A DNA stretch of 62,375 nt, filler included, from Squatina squatina (Eukaryota): assembly GCA_031763465.1 (NCBI GenBank). It is 4 parts of 4 records of this genome, joined end to end, with 100 filler letters (N's around TTAATTAATTAA, not from the genome) between each part and the next. Parts side by side here need not be neighbours in the genome. Positions count along the whole stretch, not along the records: positions 46,437 to 62,375 come from JARFOE010000192.1; 3 more parts are not named here. One strand, given 5' to 3'. A program made the translations under genes and the position numbers. The notes beneath the pieces are model-generated. The model worked only from the letters and a program-made list of their open reading frames with translations. It ran no database searches and had not been told where the DNA came from. Below, in pieces: positions 53,130-62,375 of the stretch. How positions within the stretch are numbered: position 1 is the first letter of the stretch; each line of letters opens with the position of its first letter.

Positions 53130-53223
53130 CTAAAAGGCCATGAGGCTCTGACTGGCGTCTCTCTGGTTTTCCCTCCTGGTCCTTTCGTTTCTTACTCGCT
53201 CTGAGGCTGCCAAAACGCTTCAT
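53130..53223 (-). CDS. PRKAG2: PRKAG2 alternative first coding exon (gamma2-3B type)
   Basis: ATG at 53223 gives MKRFGSLRASKKRKDQEGKPERRQSEPHGLL, then G|GTAAG (phase 1). Matches the recalled mammalian gamma2-3B N-terminus MKRFGSLR..KK.KDQ....ERRQSEPHGL. Confidence 0.85.
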
Positions 53224-53875
53224 GAGCAGCAGCGGGCAGAGTAGCAGTGGCAGTCAATCATGCCAGTTGTCGGGTGAAGAAGAAACTGGGGTGGGCGAGA
53301 AATGCTCGGTGCTGGGTCAGGATGACGGATCTTTGCCGCTGGTCCTCAGGATACACACACGCACAAATAAAGCCAGCAAAGCTTTCTTCCCTTTCCCGGC
53401 TTAAAAAAAAGTGTATCCCTTTAAGCATGCAATGTCCAAGACTGCGAAAGACAATAGCTCCAGGCTCCTTTGCCTCACTTGAATACAGTAACTGTAGAAA
53501 TGCAGCTCTGAGACTCCGGCAGCAAATTGTCAAGTGCAGCTGTGCACGGTGTGGCTTTAAAATAGCTTGGGTGGGTTAGACTGTAAAAGGAAACCACCCT
53601 GTGTCGATAATCCCTGGCAATGATTGGCCAGAGCCGCCTTCTCCTTATGGCATGACATCACATCTATTTTGATTAAAGCTCCAGGCCGTAGGAAGCAAAT
53701 GCCTTTCGCTGGTCTGATAATAAGTAGATCAGGCTGCGAATGCCCATTGCTTGCGCAGTAAAGCAAGGCGGGCAGGGCACTGGCCACTGACTTATTTCTT
53801 ATTAAACACGGTAAGTATGAGGAAGAAAGAAAAAACAAAAAAAAAAAGGAAAGGAAAGATAGAAAGAAGGAAATA

Positions 53876-54062
53876 ATTGCATTTATATAGCACCTTTCAC
53901 GGCCACCAAACGCCTCAAAGTGCTTTACAGCCAAAGAAGTACTTTTTGAAGTGTAGTCACTTTTGCAATGTGGGAAATGCAGCAGCCAATTTGCGCACAG
54001 CAAGCTCCCACAAACAACAATGTGATAATGATACGTCTCTTTTTGTGTTGTTAACTGAGGGC
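53876..54062 (-). mobile_element. Deu-domain SINE 3' fragment
   Basis: ttgcatttatatagcacctttcac...gcagccaatttgcgcacagcaagctcccacaaac. Confidence 0.85.
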
Positions 54063-54164
54063 TANNNNNNNNNNNNNNNNNNNNNNNNNNNNNNNNNNNN
54101 NNNNNNNNNNNNNNNNNNNNNNNNNNNNNNNNNNNNNNNNNNNNNNNNNNNNNNNNNNNNNNNN

Positions 54165-54437
54165 TGGCATCCCTGGGGGCCCTGTCAGGATGGCCAGCAG
54201 CCCTCCCCTTTAAGGGAGGCCTGGCAGTGCTGCTGACACCAGCTCGCTGACGCGGCGCATCTGACATCGCTGGCGTGGCACTGAGGAAACGCCAGTAACG
54301 TTCCAGGCCGGCGCCTCTTTCCTGCTCCAGAACTGCGAATTCTGCGGTGGGCGGGGCAGGGAGGGAGCCAGCGAGCGCTAGAAATGCTGGCTCCTGCTCC
54401 GTAAGTGCCCCAACGGGGCTCGACTGAATTTTGGCCC
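54165..54437. mobile_element. GC-rich MITE end related to 5292-5598
   Basis: Shares caggatggcc.gcagccctcccctttaagggaggc and ends ctgaattttggccc. Confidence 0.6.
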
Positions 54438-55440
54438 TTTGGTTTTGAAACGACAAGTCCCAAAGCTACAAAAATTTTGGTAACTCGGATCACGACTTTT
54501 TCTGTGAGGGAAAAAAACGTCCCTTGGTACTGAGCTCCACGGAGCAGCCCCACCCATTCCCGACATATACACCAGCATAGCCAGGTTATAAGAAAAACGC
54601 TAAAGAATCTGGTCCATAAATTATCTGCTTCTCTACCCTTTGAAGCCCAAGTGGTTAAGGGAATGATCAAAAGCTATCTTCCACAATTAGCCATTCTGTC
54701 AATCAAAACTGGCTTTCAAAGGAGCCCCCGAGAAACCTGACAATTAATTCAGCAACTCTTGCCAGTTTTACTTAACAGGCCTTCTGAATGCAGCCAAACT
54801 GCGACAGCCTTGCTCGCAGAATCCCCTGATGGGACAATTACTAAGGCCACGCACAGAAAACTATAAGGGATCGATCGCCTTGTGGCTGGTATTCCTATCA
54901 CCAGGTTGGACTTTGTGTTTCCTGACATTTGTTGAGCAATCTGCGTAAAACCGCAAGCCAGACAACTCCCTTCCGGAGCGGCCGCTACACACTAGCCAGG
55001 GACGTGGATCTGCTTTACTCTGACTTTGTACAGCAAGCTACAGAGACAAGAGCATCTGCTGGGAATCCAATTAGAGGAGAGAAAAAAAACACAAAGGTAT
55101 TGGGTTGGTTAAAGTTCAGTTCACGTGGAGTTTGAGATCCAAAACTGGGCAGACTCCTGGCCCATCACAATGGACGTGGGTTAAGCCCAGGATCGGGTGC
55201 AGCAGTCAAATAGCCTGACCACACTCATTGCCGGGGCTCGCACAAAATCTGGCCAGTTGATTAAAATTACCAGAGGGCTGCCAGCAAAATGAGGGCAGAA
55301 AATACTGGGGAGGTGGAAGAATAATTCATTGCACTTCAGTCACTGTCTAATGTGACGCAAGATTAGAAAACTCTCATTTCCTACACAGGCCTTTGAATCA
55401 AGTCCTGTTTCTTCTTCCCTCTTTAGAGGACTGCCATTAT

Positions 55441-55659
55441 TACATAGAAACATAGAAAATAGGAGCAGGAATAGGGCATTCAGCCCTTCGAGTCTGTTCC
55501 GCCATTCAATATGATCATGGCTGATCATCCAAATTCAGTGCCCTGTTCCTGCTTTCTCCCCACATCCCTTGATCCCTTTAGCCAAAAGAACTATACCTAA
55601 CTCCCTCTTGAATATATTTAATGATATGGCCTCAACTGCTTTCTGTGGTAGAGAATTCC
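55441..55659 (-). mobile_element. Young CR1 LINE 3' end
   Basis: (catagaaa)n tail; near reverse complement of 33100-33325. Confidence 0.88.
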
Positions 55660-56143
55660 NNNNNNNNNNNNNNNNNNNNNNNNNNNNNNNNNNNNNNNNN
55701 NNNNNNNNNNNNNNNNNNNNNNNNNNNNNNNNNNNNNNNNNNNNNNNNNNNNNNNNNNNCTCGAGTTAACTGACCAATACTTTCTGACAAGCCATGATAG
55801 AGAAAGTACCTATCTGGCCATGTTGCGTGAGCAGATGTCTATTGCCAGCAAAATCAAACACCAGTGCTCCCTGTAACAACAGCAACAATATTTGGTTGCA
55901 TTTCAAGTCTACAAATGCAACACGCATCATTCATGAGTGGTTTATGTCGATTGCTGAAACATACAACGACTACCAATAAACCAAAGCACCCAGGCGTTGT
56001 AACGTTTGGTGGGTGAAAGGTTGTTACAAATATTCATTCCCGTGCTTTAGGGTCAAAAGAAGTGGAGAGTAAAGTGAAACAAAACTGCCTTGTCTGGTCA
56101 CTGTGCCACCTGCAGTGGTGAAAAACTGGTGTGCTTTTGGAGC

Positions 56144-56503
56144 TCATATGTCTTTAAATGAGTCGTCACTCAAGGCAGCCTGAATAAGCTCCACTCCCCT
56201 GCCACTGGGCAAAAGATTTTTCTCTCTCAGCTCTACGAGGAGGCTGCTGATCCCTCTCCATTTCTTGACCACTCGACGTTCCCTCTGCCTGCTGATCTTT
56301 ATTTGTTGTCTGAGGTAGTCCACTTCATCTTGCAACTGGAATATCTTCCTCTTGGCTATGACAGGATTAGCCAAACAGTAACTATGCTCTTTGAACACTT
56401 CTTTGTTGCTGCTGGTGCTACTGCCAGTAGTGTTCGTGCCAGTGCTAGTGGTAGACTTGGCTAGTTCCGCAGAGGCCTGACGGGCTCTCCTGGCTTCTAA
56501 TTT
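56144..56503 (-). CDS. THAP2: THAP2-like terminal exon (HCF-1-binding motif plus coiled coil)
   Basis: Acceptor tgtttgttttccAG|AAA. Encodes KLEARR...EHSYCLANPVIAKRKIFQLQDEVDYLRQQIKISRQRERRVVKKW...LLPSG...ALS*. This parallels recalled THAP2 EHSYAFRNPMEAKKRI...ERRATRRW...VLPKG...ALS. The THAP-domain exons are not visible. Confidence 0.72.
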   Translation of the reverse strand, partial: KLEARRARQASAELAKSTTSTGTNTTGSSTSSNKEVFKEHSYCLANPVIAKRKIFQLQDEVDYLRQQIKISRQRERRVVKKWRGISSLLVELREKNLLPSGRGVELIQAALSDDSFKDI

Positions 56504-56967
56504 CTGGAAAACAAACAAAATACAAACTTAGTGTTATTTCAGACAGATGTTGGCAGGCTATTCAACGGAGGCAGATCAACCGCAGTCAAGCCCAATCCCA
56601 TCTTTATCCAAGGTGCACTTATAGACATTTTATATATACAGTGGATAGTGAGCAGGAGTCCCAGCTGATTGTCCCTTTCCTATCCAGCTGTGCTGAGGAC
56701 AACTGTAGTGCTCCCACTGTTGATCTCAGGTCAAGTCTCCTTTTAAAGGCAATTCCTCATTGAAGGGTTTCCTGTTTGGTAGGACGTCGATGTCTCTGTT
56801 TGATATTACCCTTACCATCCCCCACCCCCAAAACATTTCCCCTCCCCTTTCTTACCCCAGGTGTGACCATAGGAAGAATCTGGCCTGCCCCCCTATTTTA
56901 TCATGAAGGCCTGTCTCTCAAGTCATCTCTACTGCTTCCTCCATAAAAACACAGGTAAGTGGGGTAG

Positions 56968-58260
56968 AATCATAGAATGGTTACAGCACAGAGGAGGCCA
57001 TTCGGCTTGTCAAGCCCGTGCCGGCTCTCTGCAAGAGCAATTCAGCTAGTCCCATTCCCCCGTCCTTTCCCCGCAGCCCTGCAAATTTTTCTTCTTCAGG
57101 TAATTATCCAATTCCCTTTTGAAAGCCACAACTGAATCTGCCTCCACCACCGTTTCAGGCAGTGAATTTCAGATCGTTGCGTAAAAAAGCTTTTCCTTAT
57201 GTCATCTTAAATCTGCGACCCTTCTGCCAATNNNNNNNNNNNNNNNNNNNNNNNNNNNNNNNNNNNNNNNNNNNNNNNNNNNNNNNNNNNNNNNNNNNNN
57301 NNNNNNNNNNNNNNNNNNNNNNNNNNNNNNNAGAGGAGGCTATTAGGTGAATCAATTGAAGTTTTCAGTATTTCAAAAGGGAATTCACAAAGTTGATGTG
57401 GGTCATGTGCATACTTTGATAAGTGTTAAAAATGAGGAAGTCAGGAGTAAGCACAGGAGAAGTAGGGCATTCGGCCCATCGAACCCACTCTGCCATTCAA
57501 TGAGATCATGCCCGATCTATATCTTAACACCATCTGCCCGCCTTGGTTCCATATTGTTTACCTAACAACATTCAATCTCAGTTTTAACATTTTCAATTGA
57601 CGCAGTCTCAACAGGTTTTTTGGGTGAGGGAGTTCCAGATTTCCATTACCCTTTGCATGAAGAAGTGCTTCCTGATATCACCCCTGAAAGGCCTAGCTCT
57701 AATTTTAAGGTTATGCCCTCTTGTTCTGGACTCTCCCACCAGAGAAAATAGTTTCTCTCTATTTACCCAATTAACTCCTTTAATCATCTTAAACGCCTCA
57801 ATTAGATCACCCTTAACCTTCTATACTCAAGGGAATACAAACCTAGTCCTCATTATTTAACCCTTCTAGCTCCAGTATTANNNNNNNNNNTTCTAGTGAA
57901 TCTGCGCTGCACCCACTCCATGGCCAACATATCCTTCCTGAGGTGCGGTCCCCAGAACTGAAGCAGTGCTCCAGATGGGGTCTAATCAGAGCCTTATACA
58001 ACTAACATAACTCCCACCCCGTTATATTCTAGCCATCTTGAGATAAAGAGCAAGATTCCATTAGCCTTTTTAATTCTTCTTTGTACCTGTCCACTAGTTT
58101 ATCGTGATTTCTGTTCTTGGTCCTCAAAATCTCTCTGCCCCTTCACAGCTCCAGCTTCTCACCTTTTAGAATATACTCTGACTTATCTTTCTTGGGTCCA
58201 AAGTGGATGACCTCACATTTCCCTGCATTGAACACCATCTGCCACAGTTTTGCCAGACCT
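56968..58260 (-). mobile_element. CR1 LINE fragments (56968-57230; 57455-58260)
   Basis: 3' tails (gaatcatagaat..; gggcattcggccc), KCEVIH.G-type motif, ggtccccagaactg (QFWGP). Confidence 0.85.
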
Positions 58261-59394
58261 NNNNNNNNNNNNNNNNNNNNNNNNNNNNNNNNNNNNNNNN
58301 NNNNNNNNNNNNNNNNNNNNNNNNNNNNNNNNNNNNNNNNNNNNNNNNNNNNNNNNNNNNGAACATATTCGGGTGGGGGAGGTGGGGGGGAAAAGCGAGA
58401 TGGGATTTAGTCTGTTCAAGGCAAACAATAAATCTGGAGGCATTCGTCCCCAGGTAGGCCCAACAATTGACCCCACACGGGCATGCATGCTAAAGAAACG
58501 AAGCTTTCACACAGGAACCTACGTACCAGTTATGTTAAGAAAAACAATCAGTTTTAAACTTATTTCTGCATGTCATTTGTCATCCACACCTTGCAAAACA
58601 CTGTATCCACTTGACGGTTTACTAACTTGAATATCAATTTAAATTATAATTTACACACATGCAATGCTGGACAGAAATTGCTGGAATTTGTTAAATGAAA
58701 AGTCTTGCATTGTTACACGGATTGTCTGTTGACATTGTACCTATTCATTGTACACACCAGAAAGCAAATAGAAGTCTATTGTGCTTTTCCATTATTTAAA
58801 AAATAATACTCTGTGGATTTCAAGCATTTTCTGTTTATTTGTGCTTTGCTTCAAATTTATTTTCACATCAGCCATCAGTTAGCATTGTTCCCTGGTTGTT
58901 TATATTGTTGCATACCAAGGCTAATGTCCCAGCAGGGGCTGGTGTTCAGATGTGCCAGTTACATGTGGAATGAGGCCCTAGTGTTCTCAGCAGGGGGTGC
59001 TACTGTAGGAGACGGGTTTTCACTCACTGTTGTTGTCGAACCCATTGTACAAAGAAAAATCCTTGGGCTACTTTCCAGAGCTCATTTTTGGTGGACATTA
59101 GAACTTTAACTGTTTGAGATCTGTTTTTTTTTGGCATAACCATTTAATTTACGTTGTAAAGTTCTGCTGAACACTTATCCCTCAATCAACACCACCAAAC
59201 TCAGACTGACTGCTCGCTTATCATATTGCCGTTTGCAGGACCTTGCTGTGTGCAAATTGGCAGACGCTCTTGCCTACATAACAAGTGACGAACCTTCCTT
59301 CCCCTGCCCCCTCCCTCCCGCTTTTCCCTGGCTCTGTACATGCTTAAAATCTGTTACATCTCCAACATCTCTAGCCCGGCACAGAAGTCCCGAC

Positions 59395-60140
59395 CCGGTA
59401 GCAAAATTGGGGTTACCGCCCCTCACAGGAAGTGGAGCGCAATGTCGTGCGCTCCACATCCTCTCGGGGCGGGATCGTGGGCACGACGTGGGCGCATCGC
59501 GGAGCGCGATGCGGCCTCTCCGCGTAGCGCTGACGCGTTTCAGCATCCCTCCCCTTGCGTTAAAGAGGACAGACGCTGCGAGCTCTGGTGAGTCGGGCGT
59601 GGCGCAGCACACCTCCCCTTTAAGTTTCGTCCCGCGATGAGTGACCGGCCCGGTTCACGACCCATGAGGCTGGTGTAGGCATCGCCTGTGGTGGCCTCAT
59701 GTGGTGCTGGCCAATTTTTACCGCAGTGTGAAAAGGGGCCACCACAGGGCGAAAAGGGGTGGTCGCGCACGGCGATGATGTCATCGGCAGGGGCGCAGCA
59801 TTACCGTTTTCGCGCCTCCGCTCACTCCCACACAATNNNNNNNNNNNNNNNNNNNNNNNNNNNNNNNNNNNNNNNNNNNNNNNNNNNNNNNNNNNNNNNN
59901 NNNNNNNNNNNNNNNNNNNNNNNNNNNNNNNNNNNNGCGCCGATGTCATCAGCGCAGTGCTGAATGCATTGCCCCCTTCCGGGATACCGCCCTGGATGTG
60001 AGATGGACAGCGCTCCACCTCCATTTCAGGACAGTAATGCCAATATTGTGCCGGGGGCAGAACTTCTGGGCCGGGTGGTAAAAGTCCCCTCCCGGGAACG
60101 TCACTGCCCCCAATGGGGCGCAAGGGAATTTCCGCCCCAT
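59395..60140. mobile_element. GC-rich MITE-like element(s) around a gap
   Basis: CpG-rich, bounded by gcaaaattgggg... and ...gaatttccgcccc, similar to the termini at 4593 and 5598. Confidence 0.45.
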
Positions 60141-60644
60141 AGTGTCTTGTCACATCTCCCATAAATATCTAAAAAAACTTACATAGTGAGATATTTTGTG
60201 ACTGGTGTTACGTAGGCAAATACAACAGCCATTTTGTGCACAGCAAGATCCCACAAAGAACAATGGGGTCTAAATTCAACATTGCTACGGCTGTTTTTCA
60301 GGGATGAAATGGACACAACGATGGTGAATTTATCAGTGCGGCGGGCCCCCTCCTTGAATTGTGCGGACGCCCTGAATCAGCAGGGGGGCACTTAATCTAG
60401 ATGCATCGTCACTGGGAGGGAATTATTGGATCATGGGTCAAAAGAAGAAGAAAATGATGATGACATCAACAAGAACCCCACCAGCCTGGGAGGAGTCTGT
60501 CTGCAGCTTCGTCCTGCAATTGAGACATCCCGAGAGAGGGATAGAAAAAAAACATGGAAAATAAAAATCTGAAAGATTGGTTCGGCTTATTTGCATTAAT
60601 TGTAAGTTTCTCAATTTTATTTACTTTTATAAAGAGCCAAAATC

Positions 60645-60870
60645 CAAGGCCTTCCTAGCTGAGATCTGTTAACTCTGCACACGCTGGGGATCAAACCTAG
60701 GGCCTTCTTAGCTGAGATCTGTTAACTCTGCACACGCTGGGGATCAAACCTAGGGCCTTCCTAGCTGAGATCTGTTAACTCTGCACATGCTGGGGATCAA
60801 ACCAAGGGCCTTCTTAGCTGAGATCTGTTAACTCTGCACACGCTGGGGATCAAACCTAGGGCCTTCCTAG
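60645..60870. repeat. 53-bp tandem repeat, 4 copies, derived from a tRNA-SINE head
   Basis: gagatctgtt recurs at 60661, 60714, 60767 and 60820. Each unit holds the reverse complement of the B-box-like GGTTTGATCCCCAG. Confidence 0.9.
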
Positions 60871-61467
60871 TTTTATGGCTCAGCTACTCACTGACTAAAT
60901 CTGTTGAGCCATCAGGGGAATAGAACCTTATGTCTTTGAACAACATTTTGCTTTCCTCATCAAAGAGTACGGAGATGATCAAAGGTGCTGATTCATCTAT
61001 TGCACTGAGCAAGGCTGTGTAAGATGTGTGCACTTTAGGCACAGTTCATGGAAAGCAGATGAATGCAAAGCGGAATCATCAGAAAAGGAATGGGTACAGT
61101 TGGTTGATGACTGGAGGATGTAATTGGTATGAAGTAAGGAACATATTGAGAGAGAGCGAGAGGAGAGCGCCTTGGATAATTTGGGTGTTCATTGAAAGAG
61201 TTAGAGAATGAGCCATCAGCTATAGTTCAGAGGATGTGATTTGAGTTGAGACAGATAAAGCTTCCAAGAAAACTTAAAATTTCTCTCTGAAGCTGTGCAA
61301 GTGAAAAAGTCCAGACTATGAATCTAACATTATCATCTACATTATGTTGTTAGATCTTCAACTTCTACAATTTAAATAACCTGCCTAGGTCCATATTATA
61401 ATTCATTGAGCAGTAGCCTATTCCCATAACTCAACATTTTTAGTTGCACAATTTTTTTTATATACTA

Positions 61468-62141
61468 GGAGGCCCCAATTGGTCTGACTTCACGCCTGGG
61501 TAGTGCCGATTAGTAGCGCTGCGCAGGCATGACATCAGTGTAGACTCAAAAAATTAACAAAATGAGGCCTTGGGCCTGGCACCCCGGCGGCGTAGATGCC
61601 CTGGCGCCGTTGGCACTGGCATCAGATGCGCGCCGACTGAACATCGCGTGCTGACCCCCTCCTGTGCGCCGCAGGGGTGTTGCCTCCGGTTTCCCCTGTC
61701 GTTGCCAGGGGCCGTTAAATGTGTGTGGCCAGCGGTGGCGGCGGCGGCCAGCATATTTAAAGATTGGCTGACCATATTGTCGGCCAATGCTTGGCGGCTG
61801 ATTGCCCCAAAAAATGCCATACCCTGCCTCCCATTGCTGGCACGCTGTCTATCGTACTGGCACATTGCCAAATAATTTCCTGCTTCCTTGGTGGTGGTCC
61901 TGGATCCCTACCTGCTCTGTAAGCCTGCAGCCCTTGCCTTTAAGGCAGGGGGCAGGGCCATGGCATGTGAGGTTGCGCTGGCAACAGCTGCTGGCGTAAC
62001 CCGGCATTGGCCGGGTCAGCACCACCATGTTACGCTGGTCTTGAATGGTGACTAAGTCACCAAGGCTGGTGATGCGCCGCACTTTGAACTACGGGGCCCT
62101 GAATGCTGTGGCCCATTTGGCTGCAGGCCAATTGGGGCCCC
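61468..62141. mobile_element. Gap-free MITE with terminal inverted repeats (PIF/Harbinger-like)
   Basis: Left GGCCCCAATTGGTCTG, right CAGGCCAATTGGGGCC (15/16 inverted match); GC-rich ~670-bp interior in AT-rich flanks; no transposase ORF. Confidence 0.7.
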
Positions 62142-62375
62142 AAGGTTTACTAGTCCAACCATTTCAAATCAACCCCTCCCGAACAGAAATTCCTGTCAAC
62201 AGCACACCTTTCATTTGATGTGATCAAGCCCGATGCTGACTAACACTTAAAAATAAAAAATGTACCTTGCACATATTTTTACCACAGTCCCCACACAGTG
62301 GAAACACAAATAACTGGTGTCGTACTGTACAGTTGTTTGTGTGTTTTTATTTCATATAGCAGATGCTAAAAACAT

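Noticed and set aside
53557-54456. 299-aa ORF and other ORFs spanning N-runs
   Set aside because: The length is inflated by X codons and the sequence consists of MITE, SINE and low-complexity DNA.

Overview
This is eukaryotic (vertebrate) DNA, most likely from a cartilaginous fish, judged by the CR1 LINE tails, Deu-domain SINEs and the style of the C2H2-ZNF gene. It is not one locus. Three artificial linkers (N-run + TTAATTAATTAA + N-run at 19428-19527, 32953-33052 and 46337-46436) join four unrelated, heavily gapped scaffolds. (1) 1-19427: the last two exons of FAM81B (-) and two C2-domain exons of MCTP1 (+). (2) 19528-32952: a CBX1 exon (-) and, upstream of it on the same strand, a pogo/Tigger CENP-B-type DNA-binding exon plus a long intact hAT-transposase-derived exon. 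Their splice phases are compatible, which predicts a chimeric domesticated-transposase gene; this is the top finding. (3) 33053-46336: CR1 LINEs, a CpG-island promoter, two abutting 27-bp minisatellites, a frameshifted 20+-finger C2H2 ZNF gene bracketed by an inverted ~70-bp homology, and a decayed lokiretrovirus-like env. (4) 46437-62375: PRKAG2 exons including the gamma2-3B-type alternative first exon, and a THAP2-like terminal exon. Gene names rest on recalled similarity to vertebrate proteins, not on database searches. Repeat boundaries are approximate.
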